Origin: a virus
Virus genome (UHGV): UHGV-0067666
DNA length: 24,833 nucleotides
Strand: one strand, 5' to 3'
Shown: one piece after another, positions 17,343-24,833 of the stretch
How positions within the stretch are numbered: position 1 is the stretch's first letter
Layout: each line of letters starts with the position of its first letter
The notes under the pieces: generated by a model
Told to the model about the DNA's origin: nothing
What the model saw: the letters and a program-made list of their open reading frames with translations, nothing else
Database searches by the model: none
Program-made: the position numbers and the translations under genes

Positions 17343-17993
17343 ATGAGCCTGAGTCCCGCACGGCAGCATCGCCTGCGCGTTCAGGCTGAACAGGCCGCCC
17401 GCGAGGGCGGCAGTGTTCGCCACGCATCGGGCTATGACCTGATGCTGCTGCAACTGGCGGAAGACCGCTGCCGTCTCAAGGGCGTTCAGTCCACGGTCAA
17501 AAAAGCGGAAATCAAGGTGGAGCTGCTGCCGAAGTACGCCGCCTGGGCAGAGGGTGTCCTGGCTGCCGGAGGCGCTCAACAGGATGACGTGCTGATGTAC
17601 GTGATGCTGTGGCGCATTGATGCCGGAGATTATGCCGGAGCGCTGGAGATCGGGCGTCATGCCCTGCGTCATGGCTGGGTGATGCCGCTGGGTAACCGCA
17701 ACGTGCAGACCGTGCTGGCAGAGGAAATGGCAGACGCCGCGCAGAGCGCAATGCTTGCCGCCACCGGCTTTGATGCCGATCTGTTGCTGCAGACGCTGGA
17801 GCTGACAGACGGTCTGGATATGCCGGACCAGTCACGGGCGCGTCTGCATAAAGCGATTGGCGCTGTCCTGAGTGAAAGCAATCCGGCGTCCGCCCTTAAT
17901 CATCTCAACCATGCGTTACAGCTCGATCCCCGCTGTGGCGTGAAAAAAGACAAACAGCAGCTGGAGCGCAGACTGCGCAATGACAGCCGCTGA
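17343..17993 (+). CDS. M: Terminase small (endonuclease) subunit, P2 gpM family
   Basis: 216 aa directly after capsid gene, position as P2 M. Confidence 0.75.
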   Translation: MSLSPARQHRLRVQAEQAAREGGSVRHASGYDLMLLQLAEDRCRLKGVQSTVKKAEIKVELLPKYAAWAEGVLAAGGAQQDDVLMYVMLWRIDAGDYAGALEIGRHALRHGWVMPLGNRNVQTVLAEEMADAAQSAMLAATGFDADLLLQTLELTDGLDMPDQSRARLHKAIGAVLSESNPASALNHLNHALQLDPRCGVKKDKQQLERRLRNDSR

Positions 17994-18088
17994 CAGAACG
18001 TGCCCCCGCGCACGGGCGGCACGGGGTGGCGAAAGGCACAGCCTCATCAAAACCCCGTCCACCGCCCTCTATTTCAGGAGAAAGCAGC

Positions 18089-18553
18089 ATGAAGTTTGTT
18101 GCGCCAGAACAGGCACCGGAACAGGCGGAAATCATCAGAAATACGCCGTTCTGGCCTGATGTGGACCTGTCGGAGTTTCGCAGTGTCATGCGCACTGACG
18201 GCACGGTGACGCAGCCGCGTTTAAAGCAGGTTGCCCTGTCGGCAATTTCGGAGGTCAACGCAGAGCTGTATGAGTTTCGCAGACGCCAGCAGATGCTGGG
18301 GTATGCCTCGCTGGCAGAGGTTCCGGCGGAACAGCTGGACGGGAAAAGTGAGCGCATTCAGCACTATTTCAACGCGGTTTACTGCTGGGCACGCGCCATG
18401 CTCAACGAACGATACCAGGACTATGACGCCACGGCATCCGGTGTGAAGCGAGGCGAAGAACTGGCGGAAGCCAGCGGTGATTTGTGGCGTGACGCCCGCT
18501 GGGCCATCAGCCGGGTGCAGGATGCGCCGCACTGCACAGTGGAGCTTATCTGA
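18089..18553 (+). CDS. L: Head completion/stabilisation protein (P2 gpL family)
   Basis: ATG at 18089 with AGGAG RBS (track ORF begins at GTG 18026); segment IRNTPFWPDVD...NAELYEFRR resembles recalled P2 gpL. Confidence 0.75.
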   Translation: MKFVAPEQAPEQAEIIRNTPFWPDVDLSEFRSVMRTDGTVTQPRLKQVALSAISEVNAELYEFRRRQQMLGYASLAEVPAEQLDGKSERIQHYFNAVYCWARAMLNERYQDYDATASGVKRGEELAEASGDLWRDARWAISRVQDAPHCTVELI

Positions 18554-18756
18554 TGAAAGTGCGTGCGTATCAGTATGACACGGTGGACGCGCTTTGCTGG
18601 CGTCATTACGGGCGCACGCAGGGTGTCACGGAGCAGGTACTGAAGGCAAATCCGGGGCTTGCCGAATACGGCCCCTTTTTACCTCACGGGCTGCAGGTGG
18701 AGCTGCCGGACATACCGACCACCACCACCGTGCAGACCGTCCAGCTATGGGACTGA
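18553..18756 (+). CDS. X: Tail protein X (P2 gpX family)
   Basis: 67 aa, same size and position as P2 X. Confidence 0.75.
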   Translation: MKVRAYQYDTVDALCWRHYGRTQGVTEQVLKANPGLAEYGPFLPHGLQVELPDIPTTTTVQTVQLWD

Positions 18757-18759
18757 ATT

Positions 18760-18975
18760 ATGACGCTTGAGCGAATCAGCGCCTTTATCACGTATTGCAT
18801 CGCCGTCGTGCTGGCCTGGCTGGGCGATTTGTCCATCAAGGATGCCTCAACGCTGGGCGGCCTGATGATTGGTGTGCTGATGCTGGCTATCAACTGGTAC
18901 TACAAACACAAAGCCTACCAGCTTCTGCGCGACGGGCAGATCTCGCGGGAGGACTATGAATCCATCAATCGTTAA
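18760..18975 (+). CDS. Holin, small two-TMD type (pinholin-like)
   Basis: 71 aa with two hydrophobic segments and charged C-terminus, immediately upstream of the endolysin. Confidence 0.65.
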   Translation: MTLERISAFITYCIAVVLAWLGDLSIKDASTLGGLMIGVLMLAINWYYKHKAYQLLRDGQISREDYESINR

Positions 18976-19468
18976 ACGCTGCCTTGTCGGGGCCGTGCTG
19001 GCTATTGCTGCCACGCTGCCGGGTTTTCAGCAGCTTCACACCTCCGTGGAGGGGCTGAAACTGATTGCCGATTACGAAGGCTGTCGTCTGCAGCCGTATC
19101 AGTGCAGCGCGGGTGTCTGGACCGACGGCATTGGTAATACATCGGGCGTCATTCCCGGCAAAACAATCACGGAACGACAGGCAGCAGAAGGGCTGATCTC
19201 CAACGTGCTGCGTGTGGAGCGGGCACTGGAAAGGTGTGTGAAGCAACAGCCACCACAGAAGGTGTATGACGCTACGGTGTCGTTTGCCTTCAACGTGGGG
19301 ACGGGCAATGCCTGTAGTTCCACGCTGGTGAAATTGCTCAATCAGCGGCGCTGGGCGGATGCGTGCCGACAGTTGCCGCGCTGGGTTTATGTAAAAGGTG
19401 TGTTTAATCAGGGGCTGGATAACCGCCGTGCGCGGGAGATGGCCTGGTGTTTACAGGGAGCAAACTGA
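18956..19468 (+). CDS. Endolysin, lysozyme-like with N-terminal signal-anchor-release (SAR)-type hydrophobic segment
   Basis: N-terminal KRCLVGAVLAIAATLPGF hydrophobic stretch followed by LKLIADYEGCRLQPYQCSAGVWTDGIGNT, the E...D/C...T catalytic region of T4-lysozyme-like enzymes. Confidence 0.8.
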   Translation: MNPSIVKRCLVGAVLAIAATLPGFQQLHTSVEGLKLIADYEGCRLQPYQCSAGVWTDGIGNTSGVIPGKTITERQAAEGLISNVLRVERALERCVKQQPPQKVYDATVSFAFNVGTGNACSSTLVKLLNQRRWADACRQLPRWVYVKGVFNQGLDNRRAREMAWCLQGAN

Positions 19469-19469
19469 A

Positions 19470-19847
19470 ATGAAAAAGAAATTAATCAGCGGGCTGTTTC
19501 TGATGTTATGGATGGCGCTGTTAATCGCAGCAATGGTGTATCCGCAGGGGATCTTTCCGGTACTGGCAGCGTCCGGCGTTTGGGTAGCCTGTTTGCTGAC
19601 ATGGGCGGTAATTCCGGTAGCACTGGCTGCGTTAATTCAGAATGGCCCGCTCTGGCAGGAGTTAAGGGCATCTTTGCTGAAGACAATTACCCGAAAAGAA
19701 AACGTATTTATCTGTTGGGTGATGCGATTGCTGATTGTTGTAAGTCTCGCATGGACGGGGTGGGCTATTACCCTGGTCTTTTATCTACTGACCGTTATTG
19801 CCTTCTGGATCACCCGTAATCAGATGGCGCAACAGGTAGCAGCATGA
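19470..19847 (+). CDS. lysA: LysA-like membrane protein (lysis timing)
   Basis: ATG at 19470 just after endolysin stop; multiple hydrophobic transmembrane segments; position as P2 lysA. Confidence 0.55.
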   Translation: MKKKLISGLFLMLWMALLIAAMVYPQGIFPVLAASGVWVACLLTWAVIPVALAALIQNGPLWQELRASLLKTITRKENVFICWVMRLLIVVSLAWTGWAITLVFYLLTVIAFWITRNQMAQQVAA

Positions 19848-20272
19848 ACCGGTTGCTGCTGGTTGTGCTGGCGTTATTACTGGCGGCGCTGGGCTGGCAG
19901 ACGTGGCGGCTGGCTGATGCCAGCCAGACCATCAGCACGCAGGCAAACGAGCTGCAGAGCAAAAGCCAGGCACTGGCAAAGAGCAACAGCCAGCTTATCA
20001 GCCTGTCCATTCTGACTGAAACCAATAACCGGGAGCAGGCGCGGCTCTATGCCGAAGCAGAACAGACCAGCGCACAGCTGAGACAACGACAACGCCGGAT
20101 CGAGGAACTGAAACGTGAGAACGAGGATTTACGCCACTGGGCTGATACTCCTTTGCCTGCTGACATTATCCGGCTGCGGGAACGTCCGGCACTCACCGGA
20201 GGTGCAGCTTACCGTCAGTGGTTGTCCGCGAGTGACGCCGTGTCGGCTGGAGCAGGCAGCACCGCGCACTAA
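19844..20272 (+). CDS. lysB: LysB, Rz-like inner-membrane spanin
   Basis: N-terminal TMD (LLLVVLALLLAAL) then coiled-coil-like charged region; position as P2 lysB. Confidence 0.7.
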   Translation: MNRLLLVVLALLLAALGWQTWRLADASQTISTQANELQSKSQALAKSNSQLISLSILTETNNREQARLYAEAEQTSAQLRQRQRRIEELKRENEDLRHWADTPLPADIIRLRERPALTGGAAYRQWLSASDAVSAGAGSTAH

Positions 20273-20405
20273 CGGTGATCTGAATGCGTTGCTGGATGAA
20301 ACGGAGGCCGCCTGGGCGGTCTGTGCAGACAAAGTGGACATGATTATTGCGTGTCAGGAGCGAAACAGTGAACAAACCACAATCCCTGCGCCACGCCCTC
20401 AATAA
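20115..20405 (+). CDS. lysC: LysC, Rz1-like outer-membrane lipoprotein spanin (overlapping lysB in another frame)
   Basis: GTG-initiated ORF with lipobox LTLSGC and Pro-rich mature region, embedded in the 3' part of lysB. Confidence 0.55.
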   Translation: MRTRIYATGLILLCLLTLSGCGNVRHSPEVQLTVSGCPRVTPCRLEQAAPRTNGDLNALLDETEAAWAVCADKVDMIIACQERNSEQTTIPAPRPQ

Positions 20406-20799
20406 AGCGGTGCCTTATGTCCGCAATAACCCGGACAAACTGCATCTGTTTGTGGATAACGGTTCGCTGGTTGCCACGGGGGCCAGCTCCATGTCATGGG
20501 AGTACCATTATACCCTCAACGTGGTGATTGAGGATTTCAGCGGCGACCAGAATCTGCTGATGGCCCCGGTTTTGCTGTGGCTGAGGGATAACCAGCCCGA
20601 TGCCATCAATAACCCGGCGTTACGGGAAAAGCTATTCACCTTTGAGGTGGATATTCTGCGCAACGATGTCTGTGATATCAGCCTGAACCTGCAACTGACG
20701 GAACGTGTGCTGGTCAGCACTGACGGCAGTGTGTCGAGCGTTGAAGCTATAGCGGAACCTGATGCACCTGAAGAAATGTGGACGGTGAAACGTGGCTGA
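20368..20799 (+). CDS. R: Tail completion protein R (P2 gpR family)
   Basis: GTG at 20368 behind AGGAG RBS; size and position as P2 R. Confidence 0.7.
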   Translation: MNKPQSLRHALNKAVPYVRNNPDKLHLFVDNGSLVATGASSMSWEYHYTLNVVIEDFSGDQNLLMAPVLLWLRDNQPDAINNPALREKLFTFEVDILRNDVCDISLNLQLTERVLVSTDGSVSSVEAIAEPDAPEEMWTVKRG

Positions 20800-21238
20800 A
20801 CTGCAGAAGGTGGACGACTGGCTGAGTGCCTTGCTGGCGAATCTGGAACCAGCCTCGAGAAGCCGCATGATGCGCCAGCTGGCGCAGGAACTTCGCCGGA
20901 CACAGCAGCAGAATATCAGGATGCAGCGCAACCCTGACGGCAGCAGCTATGAACCGCGACGGGTAACAGCACGCAGTAAAAAAGGCCGTATCAAACGTCA
21001 GATGTTTGCAAAGCTGCGCACCACAAAATACCTGAAAACTGCCGCCAGCACCGACTCTGCCAGCGTGCAGTTTGAAGGCAAGGTGCAGCGCATTGCCCGC
21101 GTTCACCATTACGGCCTGCGAGATCGCGTCAGTCGTAAGGGACCGGAGGTGCGTTACGCAGAGCGTCGCCTTCTGGGTGTAAATGATGATGTTGAGGCAA
21201 TGACCCGCGACATGATTCTGCAATGGCTGGCGGGGTGA
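20792..21238 (+). CDS. S: Tail completion protein S (P2 gpS family)
   Basis: 148 aa; GTG start overlapping R stop; size and position as P2 S. Confidence 0.75.
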   Translation: MAELQKVDDWLSALLANLEPASRSRMMRQLAQELRRTQQQNIRMQRNPDGSSYEPRRVTARSKKGRIKRQMFAKLRTTKYLKTAASTDSASVQFEGKVQRIARVHHYGLRDRVSRKGPEVRYAERRLLGVNDDVEAMTRDMILQWLAG

Positions 21239-21242
21239 TCTT

Positions 21243-21260
21243 TGTATCAGCACTGATACA
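21243..21260. promoter_or_regulatory. TGT-N12-ACA late activator site upstream of the V operon
   Basis: TGTatcagcactgatACA seen directly ~50 bp upstream of V start; internally palindromic. Confidence 0.5.
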
Positions 21261-21306
21261 AGTTGCAGCACTGCCGCCTTTCTTCCCCTGATGGCAACCT
21301 TTCCCT

Positions 21307-21885
21307 ATGAACGCACAATTAACCGAAATCATGCGCCTTATCACCAACCTGATCCGCACAGGGGTAGTCACCGAAGTGGACAGGGAAAACTGGCTTTGCC
21401 GGGTGAAAACGGGCGAGCTTGAAACCAACTGGATCAGCTGGCTGACGCTGCGTGCCGGGAATGCCCGTACATGGTGGCGACCATCGGAAGGTGAGCAGGT
21501 GGTGCTGCTGAGTCTGGGCGGCAATCTGGAAACCGCCTTTGCGCTGCCCGCTGTCTATTCGAATCAGTTCGCACCACCGTCGACGTCGGCGGATGCCTGC
21601 GTGACAGAACATCCTGACGGTGGCTGGTTTGAATACGAACCCGCCACCGGGCGCTGGTATGTCAGGGGCATCAAATCAATGGTCATTGAGGCTGCTGACA
21701 ACATCACCATGAAAACCAGTGAGTTTGTACTGGAGGCTGACCGCACGCGCATTAACAGCGAAGTGGTGATCAATGGTGGCGTTACCCAGGGCGGCGGAGC
21801 GATGAGTTCTAACGGGATCGTGGTTGATGCGCATCAGCATACTGGCGTCCTGAAAGGCGGCGATACAACCGGAGGCCCGGTATGA
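21307..21885 (+). CDS. V: Baseplate spike/assembly protein V (P2 gpV family)
   Basis: 192 aa; resemblance to recalled P2 gpV (LIRTG...WLTLRAG..RTWW.PS.GEQV...SSNG). Confidence 0.8.
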   Translation: MNAQLTEIMRLITNLIRTGVVTEVDRENWLCRVKTGELETNWISWLTLRAGNARTWWRPSEGEQVVLLSLGGNLETAFALPAVYSNQFAPPSTSADACVTEHPDGGWFEYEPATGRWYVRGIKSMVIEAADNITMKTSEFVLEADRTRINSEVVINGGVTQGGGAMSSNGIVVDAHQHTGVLKGGDTTGGPV

Positions 21886-22241
21886 CGCTTTATAGCGGGA
21901 TGAACAATACCAGCGGCAAAGTCATTACTGATATTGATCATCTGCGCCAGTCGGTGCGGGACATTCTGCTGACACCGCAGGGTAGCCGTATTGCCCGCCG
22001 GGAATATGGTTCCCTGCTGTCTGCACTGATAGATCAGCCACAAAATCCGGCATTACGCCTGCAGGTCATGTCGGCTGTGTATGTTGCACTGAGTCGCTGG
22101 GAGCCACGGCTGACGCTGGATTCCATCACTATTAACAGCAATTTTGACGGTTCAATGGTGGTGGAGCTGACCGGACGGCGGAATAACGGTGTGCCTGTGT
22201 CCCTTTCAGTATCAACAGGAGCAGAGAATGGCAGTGATTGA
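21882..22241 (+). CDS. W: Baseplate wedge protein W (gp25-like)
   Basis: 119 aa, overlapping stop/start with V and J; size and position as P2 W. Confidence 0.8.
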   Translation: MTLYSGMNNTSGKVITDIDHLRQSVRDILLTPQGSRIARREYGSLLSALIDQPQNPALRLQVMSAVYVALSRWEPRLTLDSITINSNFDGSMVVELTGRRNNGVPVSLSVSTGAENGSD

Positions 22242-23136
22242 CCTTTCGCAGTTGCCTGCACCGCAGATTGTGGATGTGCCGGACTTTGAGACGCTGCTTG
22301 CCGAACGCAAGGCAGAATTTGTGGCGCTTCATCCGAAAGATGAGCAGGAAGCAGTGATCCGCACGCTGGAACTGGAATCTGAACCCGTCACCAAATTGTT
22401 GCAGGAGAACGCTTACCGTGAGTTGCTTCTGCGCCAGCGCATTAATGAAGCCGCGCAGGCGGTAATGGTGGCTTACGCGATGGGCGGCGATCTTGACCAG
22501 ATCGCTGCCAACTACAACGTGAAACGCCTGACGGTGACGCCTGCTGATAATGACGCTGTGCCGCCCGTGGCAGCAGTGATGGAAAGCGATGAAGCGTTAC
22601 GCCTGCGTGTGCCTGCAGCCTTTGAGGGGCTTTCAGTTGCGGGGCCAACTGCAGCTTATGAATTTCATGCCCGAAGCGCCGACGGTCGGGTGGCGGATGC
22701 CAGTGCAACCAGCCCGGCACCTGCAGAGGTGGTGCTGACTGTCCTGAGCCGCGAAGGCGATGGAACTGCAGAAAAAGACCTGCTGGACGTGGTGGAAAAA
22801 GCCCTGAACAGTGAGAACGTCCGCCCGGTGGCTGACCGTCTTACGGTTCGCAGTGCAGAAATCATCCCGTATCGCGTGGAAGCCACCATTTTTCTCTATC
22901 CGGGACCGGAAGCAGAGCCGGTAATGGCAGCGGCAAAAACCAGTCTGCAGAAGTACATTGCCAGCCAGACGAGGCTTGGTCGGGATATTCGCCGTAGCGC
23001 CATCTTTGCTGCTCTGCATGTTGAGGGTGTTCAACGTGTGGAACTGGCTTCTCCGCTGGCGGATGTGGTCCTGAACAAAACACAGGCGGCATCATGTACG
23101 CAGTGGAGCGTAACCAACGGAGGAACGGATGAATAG
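22228..23136 (+). CDS. J: Baseplate protein J (P2 gpJ family)
   Basis: ATG at 22228 (track ORF begins at upstream GTG 22189); ~303 aa as P2 J. Confidence 0.8.
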   Translation: MAVIDLSQLPAPQIVDVPDFETLLAERKAEFVALHPKDEQEAVIRTLELESEPVTKLLQENAYRELLLRQRINEAAQAVMVAYAMGGDLDQIAANYNVKRLTVTPADNDAVPPVAAVMESDEALRLRVPAAFEGLSVAGPTAAYEFHARSADGRVADASATSPAPAEVVLTVLSREGDGTAEKDLLDVVEKALNSENVRPVADRLTVRSAEIIPYRVEATIFLYPGPEAEPVMAAAKTSLQKYIASQTRLGRDIRRSAIFAALHVEGVQRVELASPLADVVLNKTQAASCTQWSVTNGGTDE

Positions 23137-23734
23137 TCTGCTGCCACTGGGTTCAACTTCACTGGAGCGCCGACTTGCGCAAACCTGTAGCGGGATTTCT
23201 GATTTGCAGGTGCCGCTGCGTGACTTGTGGAATCCGGCTACCTGTCCGGTCAGCTTCCTGCCTTATCTCGCCTGGGCGTTCTCTGTGGATCGCTGGGACG
23301 AGGGCTGGACAGAAAGCGTCAAACGCCAGGTAGTGAAGGATGCTTTTTATATTCATCAGCATAAAGGAACCACCAGTGCCGTGCGGCGGGTGGTGGAACC
23401 GTTCGGATTCCTGATCCGCATTATTGAGTGGTGGCAGACCGGAGAAACACCGGGCACGTTTCGCCTGGATATCGGCGTGCAGGACCAGGGCATCACTGAA
23501 GATACCTATCTGGAACTTGAGCGACTGATAAGCGATGCCAAACCATGTAGCCGCCACATGATCGGCATGTCCATCAATCTGCAGACCAGCGGCCCGCATT
23601 GGGTGGGAGCCGCCAGCTATCTTGGCGAAGAAATCACGATCTATCCGTATATCAACGAAACGATTATTTCCGGTGGCACCGCGCATGAAGGCGGGGCGGT
23701 CCATGTTATTGACACAATGAGAGTGAATCCATGA
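23129..23734 (+). CDS. I: Baseplate protein I (P2 gpI family)
   Basis: 201 aa; stop overlaps start of tail fibre gene (ATGA). Confidence 0.75.
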   Translation: MNSLLPLGSTSLERRLAQTCSGISDLQVPLRDLWNPATCPVSFLPYLAWAFSVDRWDEGWTESVKRQVVKDAFYIHQHKGTTSAVRRVVEPFGFLIRIIEWWQTGETPGTFRLDIGVQDQGITEDTYLELERLISDAKPCSRHMIGMSINLQTSGPHWVGAASYLGEEITIYPYINETIISGGTAHEGGAVHVIDTMRVNP

Positions 23735-24833
23735 GCACAAAATTTTATACCCTGCTGACGGATATTGGCGCGGCGAAACTTGCCAGCGCCGCCGCGCTCG
23801 GTGTGCCGCTAAAAATTACCCATATGGCGGTGGGCGATGGCGGTGGAGTATTGCCAACGCCGGACGCAAAGCAGACGGCACTGGTAAATGAGAAACGCCG
23901 GGCTGCGCTGAATATGCTTTATATCGACCCGCAGAACAGCAGCCAGATTATTGCCGAACAGGTGATCCCTGAAAACGAGGGCGGTTGGTGGATACGTGAA
24001 GTGGGCTTGTTTGATGAGTCCGGGGCATTGATTGCCGTGGGCAACTGCCCGGAAAGCTATAAGCCGCAACTGGCTGAAGGTAGCGGGCGCACTCAGACCG
24101 TGCGCATGGTGCTGATTACCAGCAGTACGGACAATATCACCCTGAAAATCGACCCTGCTGTAGTGCTGGCAACCCGCAAGTATGTGGATGACAAGGCACT
24201 GGAGCTGAAGGTGTACGCGGATGATCAGATGGCAAAACATCTTGCCGCACCGGACCCGCATTCACAGTACGCGCCAAAAGCCAGCCCGACATTTACCGGA
24301 ACCCCCAAAGCGCCAACGCCAGCGGCGGGGAATAATACCACGCAGGTTGCGACCACTGCGTTTGTACAGGCGGCACTGACGGCCCTTATTAATGGTGCGC
24401 CAGCCACGCTGGACACGCTGAAAGAAATAGCCTCAGCCATTAACAATGATCCGAATTTCAGTACCACCATTAACAATGCGCTGGCACTAAAAGCACCGTT
24501 GTCGAGTCCGGCACTCACCGGAACGCCAACAGCCCCCACGGCGGCGCAGTCGGTCAACAATACACAGATTGCCACTACGGCTTTTGTGAAATCGGCGATT
24601 GCAGGAATGGTGGGTTCTGCACCTGCTGCACTGGATACACTGAACGAACTGGCGGCGGCACTGGGGAATGATCCGAACTTTGCCACGACAATGCTTAATG
24701 CGCTGGCAGGTAAACAACCGCTGGACAATACGCTTACCAATTTGAGTGGAAAGGATGTAGCTGGTCTTCTCACATACCTTGGTTTGGGGGAAGCGAAGTA
24801 TGTAATCAGTCGGGGTAGCAATGCTAATGGCGT
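23731..24833 (+). CDS. H: Tail fibre protein H, N-terminal part (3' end truncated by window)
   Basis: Open frame from ATG 23731 to window end, so absent from the ORF track; conserved N-terminal MSTKFYTLLTDIGAAKLA; contains tandem repeats. Confidence 0.8.
   Translation, partial: MSTKFYTLLTDIGAAKLASAAALGVPLKITHMAVGDGGGVLPTPDAKQTALVNEKRRAALNMLYIDPQNSSQIIAEQVIPENEGGWWIREVGLFDESGALIAVGNCPESYKPQLAEGSGRTQTVRMVLITSSTDNITLKIDPAVVLATRKYVDDKALELKVYADDQMAKHLAAPDPHSQYAPKASPTFTGTPKAPTPAAGNNTTQVATTAFVQAALTALINGAPATLDTLKEIASAINNDPNFSTTINNALALKAPLSSPALTGTPTAPTAAQSVNNTQIATTAFVKSAIAGMVGSAPAALDTLNELAAALGNDPNFATTMLNALAGKQPLDNTLTNLSGKDVAGLLTYLGLGEAKYVISRGSNANG
24283..24726 (+). repeat. Tandem ~70-aa protein repeat within tail fibre H (two copies)
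   Basis: Two copies of the pattern P.LTGTP.AP..A...N.TQ(V/I)ATTAFV..A......APA.LDTL.E.A.A..NDPNF.TT..NALA.K.PL read directly from the translation. Confidence 0.7.

Larger units (their letters stand above)
632..24833. mobile_element. P2/186-like prophage, left end and most of the genome; right end beyond window
   Basis: Contiguous int, CI/Apl/CII, replication A, portal, terminase, scaffold, capsid, lysis and tail genes in canonical P2 order; left boundary only approximate. Confidence 0.85.

Noticed and set aside
20747-21271. 174-aa ORF on minus strand
   Set aside because: Antisense to tail genes R/S and the V promoter; no support.
24225-24821. 198-aa Ala/Gly-rich ORF on minus strand
   Set aside because: Reverse-strand shadow of the repeat-rich tail fibre gene H; its repetitive composition is the complement of the H repeats.
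1-24833. CRISPR arrays, tRNA or rRNA genes, IS elements
   Set aside because: No regularly spaced direct repeats, no cloverleaf-like GC-rich segments near the integrase, no transposase-like ORF or terminal inverted repeats seen; this is by eye only and a tRNA scan would be needed to confirm.

Overview
The window is almost entirely the left ~24 kb of a P2/186-family temperate myovirus prophage, inserted just downstream of a host TetR-family regulator gene (rcdA/ybjK-like, 50..586). The order is: integrase, a 186-type immunity/early region (CI-like repressor, Apl-like, CII-like), a translationally coupled operon (small ORF, TraR-like zinc finger, Dam-like methyltransferase, replication initiator A), a LexA-box-controlled small ORF plus DinI homologue, an AT-rich cargo region (HNH-nuclease protein; cos-like sequence; AIPR-like predicted nuclease), then the leftward packaging operon and the rightward late genes O-N-M-L-X, lysis cassette, R-S, V-W-J-I and the 5' part of tail fibre H (cut by the window end). 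The most unusual element is an extra gene between terminase P and portal Q encoding a truncated paralogue of the terminase ATPase domain with an altered Walker-B-like motif. The second candidate is the AT-rich cargo between gene A and the portal gene, which looks like an anti-phage hotspot. All family assignments come from reading the ORF translations and from recalled knowledge of P2/186; no database search was run, and start codons were chosen by RBS inspection.
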